This document shows, in pieces, positions 18,390-28,323 of a DNA stretch of 64,000 bases. The DNA lies in the NCBI GenBank assembly GCA_963847705.1, contig CAWKBC010000047.1:128001-192000 (forward strand), written 5' to 3'. Both the position numbers and the translations under genes were made by a program. The notes below the pieces were generated by a model. The model had not been told where the DNA came from and ran no database searches. It worked only from the letters and a program-made list of their open reading frames with translations. The DNA is from an uncultured Pseudomonadota bacterium (GTDB lineage Bacteria; Myxococcota_A; Polyangia; Fen-1088). Position 1 is the stretch's first letter. Each line of letters opens with the position of its first letter.

Positions 18390-18848
18390 CTATTGGCAGG
18401 GGCAGCAATAAACTACGGCGCCGGCAGAGAAAGAAAATGCCAGCCGACATCCGTAGGTTGGGTCTGAAGAGGTCGCTGCGTCCGGCTGGGAAACGCCGCA
18501 CGACAGTGCAAACTCCCCGGCGGTGCAGGAGTCCGCGCAGGTTCCGCTGCAGTCCAGGCACCCCATCGGGTCCGTTGCGGAGTATGAAGATGAACTGGTT
18601 GGCGTCGTGCAGGTAACGAAAGCACGCGCCGGCACGCACCCAGCTGCGCCGCCGTTATCGAGCTTCGTCGGCCATCGGCATTGAGGGCCCGAGTCGAGCG
18701 CAACGTCGGTCCGAGCCGCACCATCGGTGAGGACGGGACGATCGGCCGGTCTCGCACCGTCGGTTGGGCTGGGAAGGTTCGATGTGCTGCTGCATGCCAA
18801 TGGCCAGAGGGACAATAGCGCGAGCCAATGGCGGCGATCAAAGTGCAT
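18390..18848 (-). CDS. Cys-rich lipoprotein of unknown function
   Basis: Lipobox PLAC; ~12 further Cys ending YCCPCQ. Confidence 0.7.
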   Translation of the reverse strand: MHFDRRHWLALLSLWPLACSSTSNLPSPTDGARPADRPVLTDGAARTDVALDSGPQCRWPTKLDNGGAAGCVPARAFVTCTTPTSSSSYSATDPMGCLDCSGTCADSCTAGEFALSCGVSQPDAATSSDPTYGCRLAFSFSAGAVVYCCPCQ

Positions 18849-18920
18849 TTGCCCTTCCAAACATTGGCTCCTCCAACATTGCCTCCTCCAAACATCGCCG
18901 CCTTCTCCAAACATCGCCGT
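18849..18920 (-). repeat. Four degenerate 15-19 bp tandem repeats, each ATGTT(T)GGAG/AAGG
   Basis: Plus strand (C/T)TCCAA(A)CAT(T/C)G four times. Confidence 0.8.
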
Positions 18921-19088
18921 CCGAGTGCCCTTTCGCCGGGTCGTCGCCCTCGGACGAGGCAACGGAGTCTTTCACCGGCGCGCCGGAAGAGTCAACCTCC
19001 CGCGGCCGGATTCGACGGTCCCTCGACACCGAGTCGGGGCGGCCTCAATCGAGGCTCATTGAGAGGGTGGCCGCAATGTCCACCCACG

Positions 19089-19454
19089 CTAACCCTGGCC
19101 GGCGGTCTCGCCGGCGCGTGGGCCGTTTTGCGGCGGCGCAAGGCGCGGCTTCTGTGCCGGCGCGAGCCGCGCCGGCAGCAGCCTGGCCAGGGTCAATAAC
19201 AGGGATCGGTTCACGGAGATGAAGCGGTGCTTGCCCTGGCACCGCACCGACAACACCCCGGCGACGCACAGAACCTTGAGGTGGTGCGAGATCGTCGGCT
19301 GCGTGACGTCGAATCTCTCGGCCACCTCACCGCAGCAGAGCTCCCCGCCCGCGGCAATCTCCTGAACCATTCGAAACCGCGTCGTGTCACCGAGCGCCCG
19401 GAGCGCCCGCAACAGCGCGTGGTCGTCCGGCTCAGGGACGTCTTCCGCGACCAT
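19089..19454 (-). CDS. ArsR/SmtB-family transcriptional regulator
   Basis: LRALGDTTRFRMV, GELCCGEV, TQPTISHHLKVL...GV. Confidence 0.9.
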   Translation of the reverse strand: MVAEDVPEPDDHALLRALRALGDTTRFRMVQEIAAGGELCCGEVAERFDVTQPTISHHLKVLCVAGVLSVRCQGKHRFISVNRSLLLTLARLLPARLAPAQKPRLAPPQNGPRAGETAGQG

Positions 19455-19554
19455 CGCCCATTGAAGGTGGGGCCCGGGAGGGATGCCGCCAAACTGAAGC
19501 GGCGCGAAAAAACTGGCGGCGCCGGCACGCCGGCTCGACCATCGTTCGAAGCCG

Positions 19555-20790
19555 ATGCCGGCACGCTCCAAACGCGACCTGCTCTGGACCTCCACGACCT
19601 ATTTCGGCGAAGGGCTCCCCTGGAGCTTCCTTCACCAGATGGGGACCGAGTTCTTGACCGCCATCGGCGCCTCGAAGACGCAGATCAGCTCGACCTCGCT
19701 GCTTCACCTGGCGGTCACCTTCAAGTTCGCCTGGAGCCCCGCGCTCGACCTGTTCGGCAAGCGCCGGACCTGGCTCTGGGTGCTGCAGCTGGTGCTCGGC
19801 CTGGGGATGTTCGCCGTCGCGGCCGTCTCGCCCAGCCGCAATCTCTCCGCGTTCTGGCTGGTGGTCTCCGCGCTGGCGGTCGTGCACGCCACCCACGACG
19901 TCGCCTGCGATGGTTTCTATCTGCAGGCGCTCGACAAGCGGGGTCAGGCCCTCTATTCCGGCACGCGCCTCGGCGCCTACCGGCTGGCGATGATCGTCGG
20001 CTCGTCGGTCCTGGTGGTTCTGGCGGGCAAGACCAGCTGGCTGTGGGGATTTGGCGCGGCCGGCGTCCTCATGATCCTGACCGCGCTGGTGAACGCGGCG
20101 ATCATGCCGCACCCGCCGGAGCACCCCGCTGCCGACCCAGCCACCCCGGAGGGGGCGCATCCCCCCAAGGCGATCGCTTTCATCGACGCCTTTCGATCCT
20201 TCATCACCCAGCCCCAGGCAGCCCTGGTGCTGTCGTTCATGCTCTTCTACCGGCTGGGCGACATCATGATGTTCGCCATGTCGAAGCCGCTCCTGCGCGA
20301 TCTCGGCGTCGGCACCGCCCAGCGCGGCTTGCTGAACGGCTTCGGAACTGGCGCCTCGATCCTGGGCGTGGTGCTGGGCGGGGCGTTCGTTGCCCGGCGC
20401 GGCCTGGAGCGGGCGCTCGTGCCGCTCATCTACGTTCAGAACCTGGGCATCCCGCTCTATATCGGGATGGCGGTCTGGAAGCCGCACCTGCTGGCGATCA
20501 CCGCCATCGTCCTGGTCGAGCAGCTGGTCGGCGGGTTCGGGATGGCCGGCGCCACTGTGTTTCTGATGCAACGCTGCCGGCGGGCTTTCTCGGCGTCGCA
20601 TTTTGCGATGGCGACCTCTGTGGTGTCACTGGCGAGCACATTTTCGGGATATGCCTCCGGTCCGCTCAACGAGCGGCTGGGGCACCCGCTCTTCTTCACG
20701 TTGGCCTTCTTGGCCAGTGTTCCCAGCCTGGTGCTGGTCCTCCTGGTGCCGAAGACTTCCATCGAGCTGGATCCGGACGGCGTTCGCTGA
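19555..20790 (+). CDS. ampG: AmpG-like MFS transporter
   Basis: YFGEGLP, KFAWSPALD, ATHDVACDGFY, YRLAMIV, FYRLGD, ASHFA. Confidence 0.8.
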   Translation: MPARSKRDLLWTSTTYFGEGLPWSFLHQMGTEFLTAIGASKTQISSTSLLHLAVTFKFAWSPALDLFGKRRTWLWVLQLVLGLGMFAVAAVSPSRNLSAFWLVVSALAVVHATHDVACDGFYLQALDKRGQALYSGTRLGAYRLAMIVGSSVLVVLAGKTSWLWGFGAAGVLMILTALVNAAIMPHPPEHPAADPATPEGAHPPKAIAFIDAFRSFITQPQAALVLSFMLFYRLGDIMMFAMSKPLLRDLGVGTAQRGLLNGFGTGASILGVVLGGAFVARRGLERALVPLIYVQNLGIPLYIGMAVWKPHLLAITAIVLVEQLVGGFGMAGATVFLMQRCRRAFSASHFAMATSVVSLASTFSGYASGPLNERLGHPLFFTLAFLASVPSLVLVLLVPKTSIELDPDGVR

Positions 20791-20913
20791 GCGCTGGGCC
20801 GGTTGCGGCGGCTATCGCACATCAGACCACGTCCCAGACGGCACGTTCCACGTCCGAGACGGCACGCTGGATCTCTCTGCTGGGCGTACAATGATCCGTC
20901 TAGCGAGGGAACC

Positions 20914-22839
20914 ATGACTAAGACCCTATCGATCGCCACTGCCGCCGCCGTCGCCACCGTCTTCGTCGGACTTGGCTGCGCCTTCAACCCGTCGAACCTG
21001 CAGCCCACCACCGGCACGACCGGCCCCGGGAGCACGCACAGCATCTCCGGGTTGACCTCTCTCAGCATCAGCCCGACCAGCGCGACGTTGTCGGTGTCCT
21101 CGGGCGGTGCCACCAAGACCCAGCAGTACAAGGTCACCGGGATCGTCAACGGGCACGCGCAGGACGTGACGGGTCAGGTCGGCTACTCGCTGAGCACGAG
21201 CGGCATCGTGACGATCAACGGCAGTGGCCTGGCGACCACCACCAACACCAGCGGCGGCGTCGTGGTCATCACCGCCGCAGCCGGCAGCGTCACAGCCACC
21301 GCGGTCCTGACCGTTCAATATGGGTTCACCGGTCCCGATCCGGGGATGGCCGGGCAGGGCGTGCCGGCGAATGCCGGGTCGTTCTTCACCACCACACAGA
21401 ACGACACCAGCCGCGCGCCGCAGCTCATCTACCCAAACGACCACGTGCTGTTTCCGCCCAACGTCACCGGGATCGAGATCCACTTCATGCCCGGCAGCAG
21501 CAGCAACACCCTCTTCGAGGTCAGCTTCCAGGGGCCCGTCTCGACGATCAACACCTTCATCCGCTGCCAGTCGCCGCAAGGGATCAACGGCTGCATCTAC
21601 CTGCCCGATGCGACGCTCTGGCGCAGCGTGGCCCTCTCGAACGCTGGCCAGGGGGACGTGACCCTGACGGTCCGCGGGACCGACGACACCGGCAGCTCGG
21701 TCGGCAACAGCTCCACCTTTCACATCTCGTTTTCGAAGTCGTCGATCGAGGGGGCGCTCTACTACTGGACCACCAGCGGCCAGACCGCGATCATGCGCTG
21801 GGACTTCGGCGGCAGCACCACCACCGCGACGTCGTACCTGACGCCCACCAACACCGACGGCAAGACCTGCGTCGGCTGTCACGCGCTGGCCCCCGACGGC
21901 ACCAAGCTGGTGGCGAGCGCGGGTGGACAGAATGACGGGCGGCTCCTGCTGTGGGACATCGTCAACAACCAGGCGATGCAGCCGTTCCCGCTGGCGCAGA
22001 AGAGCCAGTTCGAGTCCTGGAACGCCGACGGGACTCAGTTCGTCGGCGTCTATGGCGACACCACGCACATGGCGCCTTCGAACCTCATGATCTTCGACGG
22101 GACGATGGGGACCGTGGTCTCGACCATCGATCTCGGCGGGCTGCGGGCCGATCACCCCGACTGGTCGAAGAACACGGACGGCGCCAACACCATCGCCTTC
22201 ACCTCGGTCGACCCGGTCGCCAACACCACCGATCAGCGGCCCGCCACCGGCGGCATCGACTTCGTCCAGTACAACAACGGCGCCTGGGGCGCGCCGCAGG
22301 TGCTGGTCCCCTCGGAGCTGGGGAAGAACCGCTACTACCCGGCCATCGCGCCCGACGGAAACCTGCTGGTCTACGACGAGTCGACCTGCACCAACGGGAC
22401 GGCGACCGCGGGCCAGCCGGCCGACAAGTCGTGCGACGCCGACACCGACGCCACGGCGACGATCATGTTCACCTCGCTCCAGGGCGACACGCCGATTCCG
22501 CTCACCAACGCCAACGCGCCGGGCGTCGCCGACAACGGCGCGACTGCGCTCACCAACTCGTTCCCCAAGTGGGCGCCGTTCGTGGAACAGCTCGACGAGC
22601 AGAGCCAGCTGGTCTGGCTCACCTTCTCATCGACGCGGCAGTACGGGCTGCGCACGCCGCCCGCGCCGGCCGACATGGACGAGACCACCAAGGGGACGCT
22701 GATCTGGATGGTCGGGATCAGGCCCTCCATCGGCGGCGGCGACCCCAGCTTCACCGCGTTCTGCCTGCCGTTTCAGGACATCACGACGTCCAACCACATC
22801 GCGCAGTGGACCAAGGTCTTCATCAAGGGCCCGGGCTAG
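20914..22839 (+). CDS. Lipoprotein with Ig-like domain and TolB-like beta-propeller, single CVGCH motif
   Basis: GAGGGA RBS, lipobox GLGC, LSISP Ig domain, YPND..LFPPN, GALYYW, CVGCHALAPDG, YYPAIAPDG, NSFPKWAP, WLTFSS.R.YG. Confidence 0.8.
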   Translation: MTKTLSIATAAAVATVFVGLGCAFNPSNLQPTTGTTGPGSTHSISGLTSLSISPTSATLSVSSGGATKTQQYKVTGIVNGHAQDVTGQVGYSLSTSGIVTINGSGLATTTNTSGGVVVITAAAGSVTATAVLTVQYGFTGPDPGMAGQGVPANAGSFFTTTQNDTSRAPQLIYPNDHVLFPPNVTGIEIHFMPGSSSNTLFEVSFQGPVSTINTFIRCQSPQGINGCIYLPDATLWRSVALSNAGQGDVTLTVRGTDDTGSSVGNSSTFHISFSKSSIEGALYYWTTSGQTAIMRWDFGGSTTTATSYLTPTNTDGKTCVGCHALAPDGTKLVASAGGQNDGRLLLWDIVNNQAMQPFPLAQKSQFESWNADGTQFVGVYGDTTHMAPSNLMIFDGTMGTVVSTIDLGGLRADHPDWSKNTDGANTIAFTSVDPVANTTDQRPATGGIDFVQYNNGAWGAPQVLVPSELGKNRYYPAIAPDGNLLVYDESTCTNGTATAGQPADKSCDADTDATATIMFTSLQGDTPIPLTNANAPGVADNGATALTNSFPKWAPFVEQLDEQSQLVWLTFSSTRQYGLRTPPAPADMDETTKGTLIWMVGIRPSIGGGDPSFTAFCLPFQDITTSNHIAQWTKVFIKGPG

Positions 22840-22849
22840 CCAGCTCGCC

Positions 22850-22949
22850 CGGGACCCTTTGAGGGTCCCGAACTGGATCGCGTGAGGGAGAGACGGCTCA
22901 GCCGGCTCGAGCTCGTCGCGGGGGGCGCGGGACCCTTTGAGGGTCCCGA
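22850..22949. repeat. Two identical 22-bp palindromes (REP-like) between convergent genes
   Basis: CGGGACCCTTTGAGGGTCCCGA at 22850 and 22928. Confidence 0.8.
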
Positions 22950-22951
22950 TC

Positions 22952-24002
22952 TTACGGCAGCCCGGGCACCGGGACGCGCACCTCGTACACGGCGTGCAAC
23001 GTCGTGACGTAGAGGGTCCGGCGATCGGCGCCGCCGAAGGTGCAGTTCGACGGTGCGGAAGGGAAGGGGATTCGCCCCAGGAGCTCGCCGGCGGCGTCGA
23101 ACACCTCGATCGCCTTGATCTCTTCGCTGTTGTTGGCGACGTAGAGATTTCCGTGGTCATCGACGCAGATGCCGTCGGGGACCTTGAAGCCGCCGGGCAC
23201 ACGCGCGCCGTCGATGAGGACGGTCGGCCCCACGGTGCCGGCGACCACGGCGCCGCTGGCATCGAGCGGGAGCTTCCAGACCTTGGCCTGGGTGTCGCTG
23301 CCGATGTAGAGGGTCCCGCCGTCGGGCGACAGCGCGACGCCGTTCGGCTTCTCCATCGCGAGGACGACGCTCAGCGCGCCCGCCGGCGAGACGCGGTAGA
23401 CGGCCATCGGCGCGTGCGGCGTGCCAGGGCGGGCGCCCCAGTCGGTGTCGGTGAAGTAGATGTTGCCGTCGCTGCGCAACACGAGAATCGTTCGGTGCAT
23501 TCAGTGGAACGCCGGGCCGGCCCGCAGCCGAGGGCGGCCAGGCGTCGGCGAGCACGGTGCGCTTCCCCTCGGGCGACACCCGAACCAGGCGCCCGTTGTA
23601 GCGCTCGCAGGCGACCAGATCTCCGGCGGCGTCGACAGCGAGACCGTTGGTGCTGGTCGGTCCGGGCGGCTCGGTGGCGGGGTAGGGGAAGATCGAGAAG
23701 CGGCGGTAGACCGGATCGAAACGGTAGATGACCGCGCCCGCCCCGTTGTTTTCCACCACGTCGGAGAAGAGCAGATAGGGGCCGGCGGCGACCCACAGCG
23801 GACCCTCCAGCGAGACGAATGGGACGGGGCTGGGGATCGCGCGCGGCGTGCCGGCTCCGGCCAGCAGAGCGGGCGGCGCCGCCGCGGCCGCCGCCAGGGC
23901 GGGCGGCGGCGCGGTCGCTTCGGTGGGCGCGCAGGCGCCGAGGGCCGCGAGCGAGGCGGCCACGATCAGGAGCGAAGCCAAGGGGGGTCGCCGGGCGAGC
24001 AT
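22952..24002 (-). pseudogene. SMP-30/gluconolactonase-family lipoprotein, frameshifted at ~23486
   Basis: LEGPLW, LLFSDV, TNGLAVD, LNAPND | LVLRSDGNIYFTD, PNGVALSPDG, PDGICVD, PSNCTFGG; removing one T restores the frame. Confidence 0.85.
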
Positions 24003-24038
24003 GGCGCATCAAATCACGGGCCGGCGTTTCTGGCGACG

Positions 24039-26504
24039 TTACGTTCGCGTCTCCTCCAGGCCGACCTCGCCGCGTCGCCGGCGAGGGAGCACCACGGTGA
24101 ACGTCGTCCCTGCCGACTCGGCCGAACGGACGTCGATCGAGCCACCGTGGACGCGGACCAGCTCGCGGGTGATGAAGAGGCCCAGCCCGAGACCGCGTGA
24201 CTTCTGCATCTGCCGCGCGGCCAGCGGCTCGAACAGCGTGGGGAGCCGGTCGGCCGGAATGACGCCCTGGTTGTGCACCGCGACCTGCACGCTGTCGGAG
24301 GCGCGTCCGTCGATGGTGACCGCCACGCCCCCCTCGGCCACGCCATGTTGAACCGCGTTGGCCACCAGGTTCGAGAACAGCTGCGACAGCCGGTCCTGGT
24401 CCCAGTGCCCGAGCGTGTCGCCCAGGCTGGTCGAGCGGAGCGTGCAGTCGGGATTGGCCTCGTCGAGCTCGTCGATGACCTGGCGGACCAGGGGGAGGAG
24501 ATCGAGCTCGGTCCGCACCAGCGGGATTCCGCCGCCCAGGCGCACGCGCGTGAAGTCGAGCAGCTGATCGATCATGCGGGTCATCCGCTCGCTGCTGGAG
24601 AGGATGCGTGACAGAGGCTTCTGCAGCCGTTCGGTCTCGGCCCGGTTCATCGCCAGGCGCGCCGAGGTGATGATGGCGGCCAGCGGATTGCGCAGATCGT
24701 GGCCCAGGATGCCGGCGAACGTCTCGTTGAAGTGGACGGTCTGCTGCAGCTCGGCCAGCGAGCGAAACCGAAGCACGGCGGCGGCGACGTGGTTGGCGAT
24801 GGCGCGCGCCAGCTCCAGCTCCTGCGCGGTCAGGTCGCGCGGGCGCGTGTAGTACACCATGAACTTCCCGATCAGGCGTCCGCCTCCGACCAGCGGGATG
24901 AAACCGAGCGCGCCGATCTGCTCGCTCTCGAACAGCGGCAGGTAGGAGGCCATCGCCGGGTCGGTGGCGACATCGCCGCTCACGATCGGTTGCGGGTCTC
25001 GCGCGTCCGCAGCCCAGGGCGAGTGCCCCTCGACCGCTGCCCGGTACTGGTCGGAGAGGTTGCGCCAGGCCCGAAACCGCATGACCCCCTCCCCGTCCAA
25101 CAGCAGCACCGAGGCGCGGTCGGTCCCGAGCGCCCGGGCGATCGCGTCCAGCGCGGCGTCGTAGATCTCCTCCACCCTGCTGGCGCTGATGACCGTCGCG
25201 GCCAGCTTGTAGAGGAGCTCCGCGCGGATGCGGTTCTGTTGCTCCACCGCCAGGAGACGCAGCCGCTCCAGCGCCTGGCCGCAGTAGCGGGCAATGAGAA
25301 ACAGGAAGTGCGCCTCCTCGTCGTCCAGCGCCCGCGCGTCTTCGAACGTCAGCCCGATCGCGCCCAGCGTCCGTCCGGGGGTCTTCACCGGGAGACAGAC
25401 CACGCCGTAATGGCGTGAAGGCGTGGCGCTCCCGGCCAGGTTGGGATAGCGGGCGATGAGCTCGTCGCGCGAGGCGATCCAGATCAGCTCGCCGCCCCGG
25501 ATGGCGTCGACGATCGGCGTCGCGGACGGGTTTCCCTCGAGCGAGATCGTCGCGAAGGCCTGGGCGGCCTCGTCGCTGTATCCGTCGGCGCGGACCAGAC
25601 GAGCCGCCGCCTCGCGCCAGCCGGTCAGCCAGAGGGCGGCGCTGGAGGCCCCCAGCGCGACGCGTGTCTGATCGACGACGGCCTCGAAGACCTGCTCGGC
25701 GGTCACGGCGTCGGCGATCGCCGAGGTGATCTTCGCCAGCCGCTCGGTCCGGCGCGCTCGGCCGTCACGCTCGACCGCCGCCCGCTTCAGATCGGCGAGG
25801 TGCGCCTTCAGCTCCTGTTCCCGGAGCCGGAGCTCGCGCACCGAGTTTCTCAGCTCGTGTTCGAGCTCCTTCCGGTGCCCGATCTCCGCGGCCAGCGCCC
25901 GGACATTTTCGGCGGAGTGCTCGGGGCGCTGGCGATCGAGCAGCGGACGCACGTGCGTGTGCGTCCGGCAGATGTCCTGGAGGCCGCTGCTCTCCTTGTA
26001 AAAGCTCGACACCACGTAGCTGCAGAGGAGCGAGAACGAGCGGAGGGTTCGCAGCTCGTTCCACATCCCCTCGAGGGCCACGGCCGCGCTGCGATTTCCG
26101 CCCCGCCAGAGCAGATCGACCATCTCGCCGTAGGCCCGGATCTCCCTCCGCCCGCCACTGGCGCGCGCCCGCTCGATGACGGGGCCCACCGTCCCGGTGA
26201 ACCGCTGCCAGTCGGGGGACGCGCCCACCATGAACTGGTCGAGCGTCTCCTGGGCGTCGAGCATGACGAGGAGGCCGGCCGCGATCCGGCGCCCCGGATC
26301 GAACCCCCGGGTGGTCAACTGCGCGATGAAGGACCGCCGGTGCGCCTCCGTGGCGATGACGACGGTCGGCGCGTCCGCCGCCAGGCCGTCCGCCAAGAAG
26401 TCGACCACGGCGCTCTCGAGCAGATCCTCACTCTCGTAGAACTGGACGATGTGCGGCGGCTCGTCACCTTGACTGTTGACGGTCGTGGCAGATTCCAGCG
26501 GCAT
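24039..26504 (-). CDS. Soluble sensor histidine kinase, MEDS-GAF-GAF-HisKA-HATPase
   Basis: HIVQFY..RAYGEMVDLLW..LE..WN.L..LLCSY (MEDS), two GAF domains, LGHDLRNPL, NLVANAVQH, GLGLGLFI. Confidence 0.92.
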   Translation of the reverse strand: MPLESATTVNSQGDEPPHIVQFYESEDLLESAVVDFLADGLAADAPTVVIATEAHRRSFIAQLTTRGFDPGRRIAAGLLVMLDAQETLDQFMVGASPDWQRFTGTVGPVIERARASGGRREIRAYGEMVDLLWRGGNRSAAVALEGMWNELRTLRSFSLLCSYVVSSFYKESSGLQDICRTHTHVRPLLDRQRPEHSAENVRALAAEIGHRKELEHELRNSVRELRLREQELKAHLADLKRAAVERDGRARRTERLAKITSAIADAVTAEQVFEAVVDQTRVALGASSAALWLTGWREAAARLVRADGYSDEAAQAFATISLEGNPSATPIVDAIRGGELIWIASRDELIARYPNLAGSATPSRHYGVVCLPVKTPGRTLGAIGLTFEDARALDDEEAHFLFLIARYCGQALERLRLLAVEQQNRIRAELLYKLAATVISASRVEEIYDAALDAIARALGTDRASVLLLDGEGVMRFRAWRNLSDQYRAAVEGHSPWAADARDPQPIVSGDVATDPAMASYLPLFESEQIGALGFIPLVGGGRLIGKFMVYYTRPRDLTAQELELARAIANHVAAAVLRFRSLAELQQTVHFNETFAGILGHDLRNPLAAIITSARLAMNRAETERLQKPLSRILSSSERMTRMIDQLLDFTRVRLGGGIPLVRTELDLLPLVRQVIDELDEANPDCTLRSTSLGDTLGHWDQDRLSQLFSNLVANAVQHGVAEGGVAVTIDGRASDSVQVAVHNQGVIPADRLPTLFEPLAARQMQKSRGLGLGLFITRELVRVHGGSIDVRSAESAGTTFTVVLPRRRRGEVGLEETRT

Positions 26505-26711
26505 TGGTCCTTCCCATCGGCCATTTGCTCGACGCACCACCCTCGAGCGTGAACAAACTGCGTACGAGAAATCCGTAGGCCAGCCCCGGGGAGCGATTTC
26601 GGAGCGCGATTTTCGGGAGCCCGCTGGCGACCCGGCCCGCCGAGCTTGGATGTCGAGCCGGGCGTACCCAGGTTGCTGGAAGTACGGCGTGTCATTGGAG
26701 GAGGGCCTGGG

Positions 26712-27263
26712 ATGAAAAGAGCGAAGGGCGTTGGTGGTCTGGGTGTGGTGGCGGCGTGGGCGCTCTCGATGGGGGCGGTGGCAACCGCGCGGGCGCAGCC
26801 GCTGCCGGGTGGGGGACCGGTCCGGACGCAGGTGTCGCAGATCGAGACCCGCCTGCAGCAGGATCCCAACCTCAAGAACAATCCCATCCAGGTCACGGTC
26901 GCCAACGGCGTCGCCACCTTGACGGGGAAGGTCGACACCCAGGCCGAAAAGGCGGAGGCCTCACGCCTCGCGTCGGTGAGCGGCATCGTCGGGATCGACA
27001 ATCGGCTGGAGGTCGGCGACGCCAACCTCGACCAGTCGGTGGCGGACGATGCGCTGACCTCCAACATCAAGGAAGGGTTGATCGCCAGCCAGTCGGGCCA
27101 CTTCGATCACGTCTCGGTCGCGACCCACAACGGCGTCGTGACGTTGACCGGGTCGGTGGCCAACGAAAGGGCGCTCAAGCAGGTCCTGGAGATCGCCCAC
27201 GGCACCGACGGCGTCGCGGGGGTCGAGAACAAGCTGACCATCGCGCCGCCGAGTCAATATTGA
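26712..27263 (+). CDS. Dual-BON-domain periplasmic protein (OsmY-like)
   Basis: Signal peptide; two V...NGV.TLTG.V...GV.GV.N.L repeats. Confidence 0.88.
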   Translation: MKRAKGVGGLGVVAAWALSMGAVATARAQPLPGGGPVRTQVSQIETRLQQDPNLKNNPIQVTVANGVATLTGKVDTQAEKAEASRLASVSGIVGIDNRLEVGDANLDQSVADDALTSNIKEGLIASQSGHFDHVSVATHNGVVTLTGSVANERALKQVLEIAHGTDGVAGVENKLTIAPPSQY

Positions 27264-27300
27264 GCCCCGGCGGGCCTCCGACCGCGATAGGTTCGAGTCC

Positions 27301-28311
27301 ATGAAGACGGTGGTGACCCTGTTGCGGGGAGATGGCATCGGACCCGAGGTGGTGGATGCCGCCGTGCGCGCGATCGAGGCGACGGGCGCGGAGATTGACT
27401 GGGAGCCGCGCGACGCGGGCGCGGGCGCCGTCCCCAAACATGGCGCGCCGCTGCCCGAGGCGACGCTGGAGTCGATCCGGCGCACGCGGCTCTGTCTCAA
27501 GGGCCCCCTGGCCACGCCCATCGGCGGTGGGTACGCCAGCGTCAACGTGGCGCTGCGACGGGAGTTCGATCTCTACGCCAACGTCCGGCCGGCCCGCACC
27601 TTCGCGGGGCTGGCGGGGCGCTACGACAAGGTGGATCTCGTGGTGGTCCGGGAGAACACGGAGGGCGAATACTCCGGCATCGAGCACTACATCGATCCGG
27701 CCCGGAACGCCGCCGAGGCGATCTCGATCATCACGCGGCACGGTTGTGATCGCATCGTCCGCTTCGCCTTCGAGTACGCCCGCGCCAACAAGCGCAAGCA
27801 GATCACGCTGGTGCACAAGGCGAACATTCTCAAGATGACCTCCGGTCTGTTTCTGCAGATCGGACGGGAGATCGCGGCGACCTACCCGGACATCGTCTTC
27901 AACGACCTCATCGTCGACAACACGGCGATGCAGCTGGTGCGCGATCCCACGCGGTTCGATGTCATCGTGACGACCAACCTGTTCGGCGACATCCTCTCGG
28001 ACCTCACCGCCGGGCTGGTCGGTGGGCTCGGCCTGGTGCCGGGGGCGAACATCGGCGAGGGGGCCGCCATCTTCGAGGCGGTGCATGGCACGGCCCCCGA
28101 CATCGCCGGCAAGGGGATGGCCAACCCGACGGCGGTGATGCTGGCCGGAGCGATGATGCTCGATCGGCTCGGGCAGCGCGACCGCGCGCTCCGCCTCGAG
28201 CGGGCGGTCCGTCAGGTGATCGAGGGCGGCCGGGATCTCACCCCCGATCTGGGAGGCAGCGGATCGACCACCTCGTTCACCGATCGCGTCATCGCCGCGC
28301 TGGGCGCCTAG
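27301..28311 (+). CDS. icd: Isocitrate/isopropylmalate dehydrogenase family, likely NAD-dependent isocitrate dehydrogenase
   Basis: GDGIGPEV, KGPLATPIGGGYASVNVALRR, RENTEGEY, VHKANILK, NLFGDILSD, FEAVHGTAPDIAG. Confidence 0.85.
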   Translation: MKTVVTLLRGDGIGPEVVDAAVRAIEATGAEIDWEPRDAGAGAVPKHGAPLPEATLESIRRTRLCLKGPLATPIGGGYASVNVALRREFDLYANVRPARTFAGLAGRYDKVDLVVVRENTEGEYSGIEHYIDPARNAAEAISIITRHGCDRIVRFAFEYARANKRKQITLVHKANILKMTSGLFLQIGREIAATYPDIVFNDLIVDNTAMQLVRDPTRFDVIVTTNLFGDILSDLTAGLVGGLGLVPGANIGEGAAIFEAVHGTAPDIAGKGMANPTAVMLAGAMMLDRLGQRDRALRLERAVRQVIEGGRDLTPDLGGSGSTTSFTDRVIAALGA

Positions 28312-28323
28312 CCCCGGGCCCGA

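Noticed and set aside
19089-19454. Arsenic-resistance operon suggested by ArsR with a CC motif
   Set aside because: No arsC, acr3/arsB or arsM adjacent
22850-22949. Mini CRISPR array
   Set aside because: Only two 22-bp repeats, a 56-bp spacer, no leader and no cas genes
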